NCBI GenBank assembly: GCA_048938295.1
Contig: JBHLMI010000006.1
Span: forward strand, 30,001-62,000
Source: Promethearchaeota archaeon
GTDB taxonomy: Archaea; Asgardarchaeota; Hermodarchaeia; Hermodarchaeales; Hermodarchaeaceae
Reading direction: 5' to 3'
Length of the DNA stretch: 32,000 nucleotides
A model generated the notes under the pieces. It ran no database searches and was not told where the DNA came from. It worked only from the letters and a program-made list of their open reading frames with translations. This document shows, piece after piece, positions 1 to 8,471 of this stretch. Position 1 is the stretch's first letter; every line of letters begins with the position of its first letter. Position numbers and translations under genes: made by a program.

Positions 1-1746
1 GGCAAGGAGATTTGGGATCCGTTCAAAAATGTTGACTTCTACATATTGAGTGCCTTTTGAGAGTTTGAGAATTCCTCTAGCAATGACTTTTTCATAGAAA
101 TCATCGAAGAAATAACCTCGCTCAACAATACTATTGATGGGAGCTATTATTTTTATCTTAAATTCTGAGACCAACCGATTTCTACTATAATAGATTAGAT
201 AGACCGGAAGGCCTCCAATCAATAAGACCAATAGAAAGATCACTGTTTCGAAGCTGAGAATATTCTCAAGACTAATTTCCACAGACACACCCAGAAATTG
301 GCCAAGCCCGTTTGCGAAGAAACCCCAGATTGTGCAAAAGACAGCAAGGACAGCGCAGGCGAAAAGCATTATTTTGGGGGCTTCATGCAGTTGAAATTTT
401 CCCGCATATTCAGTTTTTTCTCGAAGGAAGGTGAGGATTGTAAAACGCAGAGTATAAGCAAAGGTCAATGCTATGGCTGCATAAACACAAAGAACAAGCA
501 AGACATCTCCGGTAGTCTTTAGACTCGTAATTATTAGACCCTTGCTAAAGAAACTAGCAAATGGAGGTACGCCGGTTCGGGCAAATAAAACTACCAGGCA
601 TAGCCCAAATGTGATTGGCAACGCTTTACGAAGCCCGCCCATCTGACGCATGTCTCGTGTTCCAAGGATATGGATTATTCCTCCGATAGCAAGAAATCCA
701 AGACTCTGGAAAAACGCATGGCTAATTAGATGGAACAACCCAGCAAACCATCCAAGTGATGAAGCAGAGGTAGCTGAACCAAGTGCAGCAACCATGAAGC
801 CAATTTGACTTGTAGTTGAATATGCAGGAACGCCTTTGATATCAGGAGTGGAGAGTGCCAAAGTGGCACCGATGAAAGCTGTTATTGCGCCAATCCATGC
901 AACAGATGGTAACCAGAGTGGGATTAACGGTAGTAGTGGACCAAAAAGAATGAATAACCTCGCAATTAGATAGACTCCAGCTTTCACCATGGTTGCACCA
1001 TGTAAGAGTGCACTAACAGAAGTCGGTGCCTCCATGGCTGTGTACAACCATGTATGCAAAGGGAGCTGTGCTGATTTTGTAATTGCTCCAGCCAGTATAA
1101 GGAAAGCGACTAGGGTGAGAGTGGGAAATGGTATTAGAGCAATATTGCTAATGAGATAAGAAAAAGAGAACGACCCTAGGTGTACATAAAGAAGGAGTAT
1201 GGCTCCAAAGAAGCAGACGTCGCCGACCCGTGTCATAATAAAGACTTTTTTGCCTGCGCGAACTGGTTCAATGCGCTTATTCCAGAATGAAACTAATGAA
1301 TAAGAACATAAGCCGACCATTTCCCAGAAAATGAACAGTTGGAAGAAATTGTCAGAAAGAACGAGGGCAATCATCGAACCAATAAAAAGTAGCATAAAGA
1401 AGTAGTATCGTGAAAGATTTTCTTCACCTGCCATATAGCCTAACGAGTAAATAATGACGATAAGACCGATAGAAGCAATCAAATTTGTAAAAAGTATACT
1501 AAGTGGATCTACTAATACTCCAATTTGGATACCAATTGCAGGAAGAACGTCTATTGTGAATTCAGTACTGGTCAGTATACCAAAGTAAATATCTGGAATT
1601 ATTGAGATTGCAAATACTGTAGTGATTAGACAAATGATAACAGCAAAATAATCTCGTGCTTTTCCACTTCGTCGCCCAAGAAGAGGAACAAATATGCTAG
1701 AAGCAATTGGAATAATCCATACAAGCCACGGAGCGAAAGGTAGCAT
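1..1746 (-). CDS. nuoL: NuoL/MrpA-type antiporter-like membrane subunit (partial, runs off left edge)
   Basis: Absent from the ORF track; translated by hand from ATG at 1746, open to base 1 (582 codons). Motifs FIFWEMVG, TRVGD, ITKSAQLPLHTWL, AMEAPTSVSALLHGATMVKAG, AYSTTSQIG, FHLISHAFFQ, DMRQMGGL, FFSK. Confidence 0.95.
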   Translation of the reverse strand, partial: MLPFAPWLVWIIPIASSIFVPLLGRRSGKARDYFAVIICLITTVFAISIIPDIYFGILTSTEFTIDVLPAIGIQIGVLVDPLSILFTNLIASIGLIVIIYSLGYMAGEENLSRYYFFMLLFIGSMIALVLSDNFFQLFIFWEMVGLCSYSLVSFWNKRIEPVRAGKKVFIMTRVGDVCFFGAILLLYVHLGSFSFSYLISNIALIPFPTLTLVAFLILAGAITKSAQLPLHTWLYTAMEAPTSVSALLHGATMVKAGVYLIARLFILFGPLLPLIPLWLPSVAWIGAITAFIGATLALSTPDIKGVPAYSTTSQIGFMVAALGSATSASSLGWFAGLFHLISHAFFQSLGFLAIGGIIHILGTRDMRQMGGLRKALPITFGLCLVVLFARTGVPPFASFFSKGLIITSLKTTGDVLLVLCVYAAIALTFAYTLRFTILTFLREKTEYAGKFQLHEAPKIMLFACAVLAVFCTIWGFFANGLGQFLGVSVEISLENILSFETVIFLLVLLIGGLPVYLIYYSRNRLVSEFKIKIIAPINSIVERGYFFDDFYEKVIARGILKLSKGTQYVEVNIFERIPNLLA

Positions 1747-1749
1747 TCA

Positions 1750-2097
1750 CTATTCCCTCTTTGCAATTATTTCACAGTTGTTTGTCTCATGATCATTATT
1801 TTCACTGTGCAAAAGTCTCGCAAGCTCTCGGATATCGCAGGTACCATATTTGCGCGAGATACTGACTAGCAAAACCAGGACTATAGCGGAGATACATGCA
1901 TCAGTCGAGAAAGCTAGAATGAAAATCGCTTCACCTAATGGTTTGAGAATTGATGAGGCAAATAGCACAAAATTCATGGTTGCCGCATTTGTAATTAGTT
2001 CAATAGAGATAACGGTTTTTAGAAACTGGTATTTGCTTAACAAACCATAGATACCGATTCCCATCAGCACTACCGAGAGAATGAGATAATCCATCAA
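1750..2097 (-). CDS. nuoK: NuoK/4L-type membrane subunit
   Basis: Three hydrophobic helices, SIELITNAA (conserved Glu), position between nuoJ and nuoL, TTGA overlap with the nuoJ stop. Confidence 0.9.
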   Translation of the reverse strand: MMDYLILSVVLMGIGIYGLLSKYQFLKTVISIELITNAATMNFVLFASSILKPLGEAIFILAFSTDACISAIVLVLLVSISRKYGTCDIRELARLLHSENNDHETNNCEIIAKRE

Positions 2098-2564
2098 GAT
2101 GCCCCCTTTTCCTTTTTTATTTCATGAAAAAAGAATACGACACCCACAGCAGTAACAAGGATTACTAATCCTTGTATCAAGATATCCACGATTCTTAGAT
2201 CCCAGAGCGCCTGACTGAAAGTGAACACGATTGGAATACTAGGTGCAATTATTGGTACCGAAAGAAAAATTACTGGCAAGGATAGTAAAATGGCAATTGC
2301 GATAGCTGCTATTAAACTCTGGATGGTCTGCTTTTTAACTGACTCCTCGCTCAACATTTCGCTAGACAGAAAAAGTAATGCAGCAGTTCCCACGCCAACA
2401 GCAAGTTGAAAAATTGCCACAAAGAATGCACCATTCAATGCAAAGAGAAGTGCAAGCAGCAACAGCATACAAACTAGTGATCCAATTGCATAGACGGCTT
2501 CTTCAAAATGAACAGCCAGAAATGCGAAAATAATCAGTAGTATTACAATTAATTCTATAATCAT
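2094..2564 (-). CDS. nuoJ: NuoJ-type membrane subunit
   Basis: Five hydrophobic segments, AFFVAIFQLAVGVG helix, position between nuoI and nuoK. Confidence 0.82.
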   Translation of the reverse strand: MIIELIVILLIIFAFLAVHFEEAVYAIGSLVCMLLLLALLFALNGAFFVAIFQLAVGVGTAALLFLSSEMLSEESVKKQTIQSLIAAIAIAILLSLPVIFLSVPIIAPSIPIVFTFSQALWDLRIVDILIQGLVILVTAVGVVFFFHEIKKEKGAS

Positions 2565-2948
2565 CTAGGTTTCTTCCCCTCCTGAGGTATTTGGATGAGG
2601 ATCTACAATAAGGTGTGATTTTTCATGGTTTGCAAGTTCAAAAATAACAGAAGTCTTGATAGCATTTTTAGGACAACTCTCAGCACATTGATAACAAAAA
2701 ACGCAACGATATAGCATGAATTTAGGCCGTTGCTTACCCTCTACATCCACCATTTCGATGGCTTCAGCAGGACAAACTCTTGAACATAATCCACAGCTGA
2801 TACAAAGATCTATATCAAATACTTGTCTCCCCCGAAGATTCTCAGGAACTTCCGGTTTAATCGCGGGATATTTTGAAGTAGCAGGTTTTCTAAAAAGCTG
2901 GAGAAAAACTTCCTTTAAGATAGGGGAGATTCTTCGTTTTTTGCTCAT
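2565..2948 (-). CDS. nuoI: NuoI-type 2x[4Fe-4S] subunit
   Basis: CISCGLCSRVCP and CVFCYQCAESCP motifs; N-terminal KPATSKYP. Confidence 0.93.
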   Translation of the reverse strand: MSKKRRISPILKEVFLQLFRKPATSKYPAIKPEVPENLRGRQVFDIDLCISCGLCSRVCPAEAIEMVDVEGKQRPKFMLYRCVFCYQCAESCPKNAIKTSVIFELANHEKSHLIVDPHPNTSGGEET

Positions 2949-2961
2949 TCAATCACCAACC

Positions 2962-3954
2962 TCAACCTGCAAAAAAATTTGTTCCAAATATCAATCCAAT
3001 AGTTATAATGAGTGACAAAATAGATAGTGGCACTAGAATCTTCCAACTCAATGTGAGCATTTGGTCAATTCGCAATCGCGCAAATATGCAGCTTAAGTAT
3101 TCAGAGATAATAACAACAATCAAGACTTTTATCACAAACCACAAGGTATACCAGAATGGTGCTAAGCCAAAAAAAACAGGTCCAAAGGGGCCTCCCAAGA
3201 ATAGCTCAACCACAATCACTGCGACTACTAAGCGTTGTACTTCCCTTGCAAGTTTCAAGAAAGCTAATTTTCGTCCGCCGTATTCTGTCTCATAACCTCC
3301 CACAATCTCCGTATCTGCATGAGGAATATCAAAGGGGTCTTTCTCTAACTCCGCTTGCATAGTAAAGAGGAATAATACAAATACCCAAGGTATCAAAATG
3401 GCAAACGGGATGGATTGGCTGGCAACGATTACTGAGAAACTCAGGGAACCTGCAATGAAAGCAGGTGCTAAAGCGAGGACGAAAAGAGGAAGATCATATC
3501 CGAGAAATTGCATCAGGACCCTTTTCGCGCTTATAGCACTATAGGGGTTGGTTGAAGCCCAGCCTGAAAGAAATAGAAGTAAATTCGCAATCGAGACTAA
3601 CGAGAGTATCAGAATCAAATCGCCTTGAAAACTCGAATTGAGAACCACATTCCCCCCATCAATTGGCAACAAGAATAGAGTAAAAACATAAAGGGAAAAA
3701 GCGAAAATTGGTACAAATTTAAAGAGGACACTTCTGGTTTCAATTGGGACTACATCTTCTTTTATGAGCAACTTGATGAAGTCAGCAAAGGGTTGTAAAA
3801 TCCCTCCTGGACCAGCTTGATTGGGTCCAATCCGATTCTGCATCCGAGCCTCAAGTTTCCTATCAACCCATGCGAAGAACATAGCGAGAAGAAAAATGAA
3901 AGTGAATCCTGGAAAGACTAAAACCCGAATTATAAATAAGAGATCCAGAGTCAT
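2962..3954 (-). CDS. nuoH: NuoH/HycD-type membrane subunit
   Basis: DRKLEARMQNRIGP, GILQPFADFIKLLIKE, PFDIPHADTEIVGGYETEYGG, ARLRIDQ. Confidence 0.95.
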   Translation of the reverse strand: MTLDLLFIIRVLVFPGFTFIFLLAMFFAWVDRKLEARMQNRIGPNQAGPGGILQPFADFIKLLIKEDVVPIETRSVLFKFVPIFAFSLYVFTLFLLPIDGGNVVLNSSFQGDLILILSLVSIANLLLFLSGWASTNPYSAISAKRVLMQFLGYDLPLFVLALAPAFIAGSLSFSVIVASQSIPFAILIPWVFVLFLFTMQAELEKDPFDIPHADTEIVGGYETEYGGRKLAFLKLAREVQRLVVAVIVVELFLGGPFGPVFFGLAPFWYTLWFVIKVLIVVIISEYLSCIFARLRIDQMLTLSWKILVPLSILSLIITIGLIFGTNFFAG

Positions 3955-3972
3955 TTCATCACCCCTCTTTTT

Positions 3973-5562
3973 TTATCTATCCGTGCAGGAGAAGCAAGGA
4001 TCTAGACTAACGAAGCTTGCGGGAATATCCGCCACATTGACGCCCTGAGCTATGCTGACAAATGAAAGGATATTCGCATAGGTTGGTGTTCGAACTTTAA
4101 CCCGTTCAGGTGACCGTGTTCCATTACCTTTCACATAGTAAAACAGTTCACCACGTGGAGCTTCTACTCGACTAATTGAATCATTTGCGGGAACTACCCT
4201 GGGAACTTTGATTCGATAGGGACCACTTGGTAGATGGTCTACTATGTAGTCTATTATCTGAATACTTTCTGAAATTTCATCTAGTCTTACCATTAGACGG
4301 GACCAGCTATCTCCTGAAGGATAAGTTATCATGTTGAAAGGAATTTCACCATAAGCAAAATATGGCTGATTTTTCCTAACATCCATTTTTAGACCTGAAC
4401 CCCGTGCGACTGGACCTACAACGCAGAGTTCTAATGCATCTTTTTTACTGAGCAGCCCAATATTTTTTGTTCGCCCTTTAAAGGTGATATCAGTCTCGAA
4501 TAGGTGTTTGTAGAAGTCTACTCGTTTTCCTAGTTTGTCTAATTCTGATTTAATCAGAGGAATTTTTTGGGTGTTTAGATCAGCCCGTACGCCTCCAATT
4601 GCCATAATAGAAGCATGAACTCGATTGCCTGTAATAATTTCCATTAAATCCATCATGGGTTCACGGTCACGCCACATGTACTGAAAGACTGATTGGTATC
4701 CGATTTCTAGGCACGCATGGCCCAATACTAGCAGGTGACTTTGAATACGATTCAACTCAAGGACAAGTGTACGTAGGTATTTGGCTTTTGGTGGTATTTC
4801 GACGCCCAGTATTGCTTCGACGGCTTGGCAAAAGCATGATGAGTGGCATGAATTGCAGATCCCGCATATTCTTTCAACTAAATATACATTCTGAGGATAT
4901 CTACGGCTTTCAGTAGCTTTTTCTACTGCTCGATGACAATACCCAATTCGTGGTTCAACTTTTCGAATTCTTTCACCATCTACATCAAGTACAAATCTTT
5001 CAGGTTCTAGTAAAGCGGGATGCTGTGGGCCCATAGTTAGCGTTATTATTTGACTTTTAGTCGATGGATTATCGGTTATGGAGGGATTTGTTATCGGGCT
5101 AATTTGATTCATTACATCTTCAAGATTTGCATCTTTCCTGAGTGGAAACAGATTCTCAGGCCAATTATCTGGAAGAATTAGCCTCTTGGGATTAGGATGG
5201 TTAAGGAACACTACACCGAAAAAGTCGCTGACTTCTCTCTCATGAAAGTTGGCTCCAGGTAGAATATCTGTAATGCTGTTGATTTCTGCTTTAGATTTAG
5301 GCACGCTCGTAATGATTGTGATAATTGTCCCAAGAAAGCGAAAGTGATATCGAATTTCTATGTCTTTGGCCATATCTATTCCTGTGATCGCTGATATTGT
5401 CGTGGTATCATCCTTTTCTAGGAGTGCTTTTAGCGCTGTTCTATGGGTTCCAGGCTCCACTTGAATCGTTGTTTCTTCTTTTCGGGATTGTCTAATCGAA
5501 AAACTTGAATCCTTAAATGCGGCTCCCAGCAATGATGAAAGTATCTCTTCCATGGTAATCAC
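3973..5562 (-). CDS. nuoCD: Group 4 [NiFe]-hydrogenase large subunit, fused NuoC-NuoD type
   Basis: NuoC-like N-terminus (HEREVSDFFGVVFLNHP, FPLRKD), then GPQHPALLEP, GYCHRAVEK, L1 motif ERICGICNSCH, EAPRGEL, and L2 motif DPCFSCTDR at the extreme C-terminus. Confidence 0.93.
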   Translation of the reverse strand: MITMEEILSSLLGAAFKDSSFSIRQSRKEETTIQVEPGTHRTALKALLEKDDTTTISAITGIDMAKDIEIRYHFRFLGTIITIITSVPKSKAEINSITDILPGANFHEREVSDFFGVVFLNHPNPKRLILPDNWPENLFPLRKDANLEDVMNQISPITNPSITDNPSTKSQIITLTMGPQHPALLEPERFVLDVDGERIRKVEPRIGYCHRAVEKATESRRYPQNVYLVERICGICNSCHSSCFCQAVEAILGVEIPPKAKYLRTLVLELNRIQSHLLVLGHACLEIGYQSVFQYMWRDREPMMDLMEIITGNRVHASIMAIGGVRADLNTQKIPLIKSELDKLGKRVDFYKHLFETDITFKGRTKNIGLLSKKDALELCVVGPVARGSGLKMDVRKNQPYFAYGEIPFNMITYPSGDSWSRLMVRLDEISESIQIIDYIVDHLPSGPYRIKVPRVVPANDSISRVEAPRGELFYYVKGNGTRSPERVKVRTPTYANILSFVSIAQGVNVADIPASFVSLDPCFSCTDR

Positions 5563-5572
5563 GATTTTAGTC

Positions 5573-5998
5573 TTAAATCATGTTTAGGAGTTTTGCAACT
5601 CCATCAATGAGAGCTTCTGGTTTCGGGGGGCAGCCTGGAATGTACATATCGACAGGTAAGACCTTATCGACTCCGCCTAAGAGGCTGTAATTACCTCTAA
5701 AGATGCCTCCTGAGCAACCACATGCTCCAATTGCAACGACGAAACGTGGCTGAGGCATCTGCTCGTAAATTCGTCGTAATCTCTCGGCACATTGTATAGT
5801 GACAACGCCTGTGACTAACAATACATCGGCATGTCGAGGTGAAGGTTCAAGTCGAATTCCGAAGCGTTCAACATCATATCGGGGTGTTAAAAGGGAGACA
5901 AGTTCGATATCACAGCCATTACATGATCCCGAATTAAAATGAAGTACCCATGGAGAGTGCTTTTTTACCCACTGGGTTAATTTAGCACAACACGTTAT
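5573..5998 (-). CDS. nuoB: Group 4 hydrogenase small subunit (NuoB-like); true start uncertain
   Basis: The frame stays open upstream of the track start (5821) to 5998, giving KLTQWVKKHSPWVLHFNSGSCNGCDIE...SPRHADVLLVTG...GACGCSGG...PGCPPKP. The CNGC ligand pair is hydrogenase-type. No in-frame ATG/GTG/TTG lies upstream of these motifs. Confidence 0.9.
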   Translation of the reverse strand: MTCCAKLTQWVKKHSPWVLHFNSGSCNGCDIELVSLLTPRYDVERFGIRLEPSPRHADVLLVTGVVTIQCAERLRRIYEQMPQPRFVVAIGACGCSGGIFRGNYSLLGGVDKVLPVDMYIPGCPPKPEALIDGVAKLLNMI

Positions 5999-6333
5999 TT
6001 ATCTCCCTCCTTTAATAACAAAATACTGGATATTAGGATAGCCACCAAGTAGCAAAATAGACCCAACAAATTTATTGTTGACAGTCCCAAGGAAGCAAAG
6101 GCGATTATCAATATTGCTGAATCCAGAATGAGAAAATAGGCAAAATACTTGTAAAGAGAGACACTAATTCTTGGTCTCTTAAAATACGCTTTTTCGCCAC
6201 AAGCATATGAAGATTGGGCAGTCTCACTGATAGATTGCTTGGGTGAAAGGCGACGACCAACTAAGTAAATAAGAGATGAGACTAAGATCACCAACAGAAA
6301 AGCCACTACGAGTTCGACGAACAACAGAATCAT
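5995..6333 (-). CDS. nuoA: NuoA/ND3-type membrane subunit
   Basis: TM helix, loop with SSYACGE (cf. YECG), YFLILDS helix, third TM; first gene of the operon. Confidence 0.85.
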   Translation of the reverse strand: MILLFVELVVAFLLVILVSSLIYLVGRRLSPKQSISETAQSSYACGEKAYFKRPRISVSLYKYFAYFLILDSAILIIAFASLGLSTINLLGLFCYLVAILISSILLLKEGDK

Positions 6334-6416
6334 CTTCCTTACAGATCACTTCTCAGCTAATAGACAATTACTGCTTCCTGTCAGTCTCAAACGGATAGTT
6401 AGAGAATGAAAGGGGA

Positions 6417-6437
6417 ATTTAAATCTATCATATATGA
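6417..6437 (-). promoter_or_regulatory. Candidate TATA box (TTTAAA) for the hydrogenase operon with adjacent palindrome TCATATATGA
   Basis: ATTTAAAT at 6417-6424, about 85 nt upstream of nuoA; perfect 10-bp palindrome at 6428-6437. Confidence 0.3.
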
Positions 6438-6458
6438 GAAGCAAATTACATCCTGACA

Positions 6459-7556
6459 TCAGACAATTTTGGCTTTTTGCTTTCGTCGTATGAGTACGAC
6501 AGAAGAAATAATGACAATTATGGCGATAGTGCCCCCGATTGTTATTATGAGATAGAGAGTTAACGGAGGAGGCGGTGGCGTAAAAAAGTCTGTAAGTGCG
6601 ATTTTTCTGTAGTGAAGAGTACCATCATCAGCAACTGCATGATAGAGAGTAAGTGATTCGGTGTATCCGGGAGCTCCTGGTTGTACGGCAGCTAATTCTG
6701 TATCAAGGTTCATCGTTGCAGTTATTGTATAGTCACGATCATACCACAGATATATGTCTCGGCTAACACAGTCGAATACGTTACTATACTTAGTTGCATA
6801 AAGTCCGTTTTGGTGAACAGCATCAAGTACATCTCTGCACGCCTCCACTGTGAGAGCGGATTCTGACGAAATGGCTGTGAGCATGAGCATAGCAGTGCTG
6901 TATCGCCAGCAATCAAAGACATCGCGAGTTGAATCGGCGACATTGATATTGGTTGATACTAGGCAGGTGTTGGTCTGGATGCGGGTAAAGGCGATTTCAT
7001 TGTCGTCACCAGGACTAACAACGACTGCATCACCCGTCGCATCGGCAAAGTGTAATTGATAGGGCATTGATGTTCCGATACGATGTGTTTGATACCAAGT
7101 CACAACTTCTTCGACGGTGGCACATTCCCAGAGAATTTGGGCCATCATCGCACAGTAAGGCGTATCTCTTTCAGGATGGTCATGTATTGAATAGTCGCTG
7201 AGGGCATTACCATCTATGCATAATCCCTGATCATTCATTCCACCTTGAGGGTATCCGTCAGCCTGATCGCCATTATCATCGAAGCCAAAAAAGATAGCAC
7301 CATAAGTAGTATGGCTTCCAGACGGTGTCCAGATCGCCTGAGCGGGGATGAACCAAGCATAGATCCCCCAGAGCCGATAGTCTTCATTATTCCCAAACAA
7401 TACACGATCGCTAATTGTGGCAGTAAAGATTGTACATGAATCGCCGATGTGAGTGGCTGGGTTGGAGTTTGTCGAATTGATGCCTTGCGTTGAATCAATA
7501 CTAATTCTGGCTGAAAGGAACCAAAGGATAATGATGATGATTACAACCTTTCTCAT
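6459..7556 (-). CDS. Secreted, C-terminally anchored Ntn hydrolase (C45/choloylglycine hydrolase-like)
   Basis: Signal-like MRKVVIIIIILW (ATG at 7556 preferred), SCTIF nucleophile Cys, LFGNNED, GGMNDQGL, YQLHFADATG, STN; PPPPP linker, TM helix and RRKQK tail. Confidence 0.8.
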   Translation of the reverse strand: MRKVVIIIIILWFLSARISIDSTQGINSTNSNPATHIGDSCTIFTATISDRVLFGNNEDYRLWGIYAWFIPAQAIWTPSGSHTTYGAIFFGFDDNGDQADGYPQGGMNDQGLCIDGNALSDYSIHDHPERDTPYCAMMAQILWECATVEEVVTWYQTHRIGTSMPYQLHFADATGDAVVVSPGDDNEIAFTRIQTNTCLVSTNINVADSTRDVFDCWRYSTAMLMLTAISSESALTVEACRDVLDAVHQNGLYATKYSNVFDCVSRDIYLWYDRDYTITATMNLDTELAAVQPGAPGYTESLTLYHAVADDGTLHYRKIALTDFFTPPPPPLTLYLIITIGGTIAIIVIISSVVLIRRKQKAKIV

Positions 7557-7717
7557 GAGAATACGTGGATCTGCGAATAATGGCAAGAGGAGTCACTTCG
7601 GCATAAACCCACATATTTCGAAAATATAATCCTATGGATATCGGTGGAGCCAGCAAGACCTACCTCATTTATATGAGGTTCAAAAAATAGGGTAGGCAGT
7701 ATACGGAGGTATTTACT

Positions 7718-8407
7718 ATGGGTCTGAAAGATCAAACAGTGGCAGTCATTACCATCATCCTTGGTGTCATCCTACTATTCGTCGGCGCTTGGGTTTGGAA
7801 CAACCTACCACAACCTACAGCATTCAACCTTGGTCTTGGCTTAATCGCTATCGGTATAATGGTTCTCATTGGCGGAATTGTGATTGCCATCACATCTGGT
7901 GGACGCAAAGAACCGAAGGTAGCTGGACCAGCTGCAGCACCGAAGAATGTAGAAGTTGCTGAAGGCCCCGAGGAATTCGTTCCAGAAGTTCTGCTTCCAC
8001 AGCCAGGTAAGAAACAGCTCCCCGTTAGCACCATTGAAGGAATTGGTAAAACGTATCAAGATGAACTTGAAAAAGGGAATATCAAGTGGGTTGAAGACCT
8101 GGCTCTCGCAAACCCAGAGACCATCTCGAGGTTAACTAGCGTCAACAACAGGACTGCGCAGAAGTGGATTGCGATGGCGCGTTTGACCTGGCTGGATAAT
8201 GTGTCCAATGAAGATGCCGAATGTATCGTCTTGGGTGCTAACATCACCAGCATTGAAGAGCTGGCTGTAGCAGATGCTGAAGACCTGTACAATAAGGTTT
8301 CAACTGCTGAGAAATTTGGTCGAGTTCAAGTTCCTAAAGGCTACAAGATCACCAAAGATAAAGTCAGGCTGTGGATTGAAAGCGCGAAAAAAGAAATGCC
8401 TGAATAG
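7718..8407 (+). CDS. DUF4332-like helix-hairpin-helix protein with two N-terminal TM helices
   Basis: IEGIGKTYQDELEKGNI HhH motif, WIAMARLTWLDNVSNEDAECIVLGANITSIEELA, KVRLWIESAK. Confidence 0.75.
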   Translation: MGLKDQTVAVITIILGVILLFVGAWVWNNLPQPTAFNLGLGLIAIGIMVLIGGIVIAITSGGRKEPKVAGPAAAPKNVEVAEGPEEFVPEVLLPQPGKKQLPVSTIEGIGKTYQDELEKGNIKWVEDLALANPETISRLTSVNNRTAQKWIAMARLTWLDNVSNEDAECIVLGANITSIEELAVADAEDLYNKVSTAEKFGRVQVPKGYKITKDKVRLWIESAKKEMPE

Positions 8408-8424
8408 GTTTTCTTTACTAGAAA

Positions 8425-8445
8425 GACTCCTCAACTAGAGGAATC
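8425..8445. terminator. Possible hairpin between convergent genes
   Basis: GACTCCTC-AACTA-GAGGAATC imperfect stem with T-rich flanks. Confidence 0.3.
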
Positions 8446-8471
8446 CCTTGCATTCTTTTCATTACGCTGTA

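Noticed and set aside
298-522. 74-aa plus-strand ORF
   Set aside because: Antisense to the continuous nuoL frame; no motif.
5573-5821. ORF-track call of an 82-aa small subunit
   Set aside because: It omits the CNGC ligands encoded in frame upstream, so this start cannot give a functional protein.
1-6400. Hydrogenase operon looks more AT-rich than flanking genes (possible transfer)
   Set aside because: Only a few 60-nt lines were spot-counted; other genes had equally low lines and membrane proteins bias composition. Needs a sliding-window GC and codon analysis.
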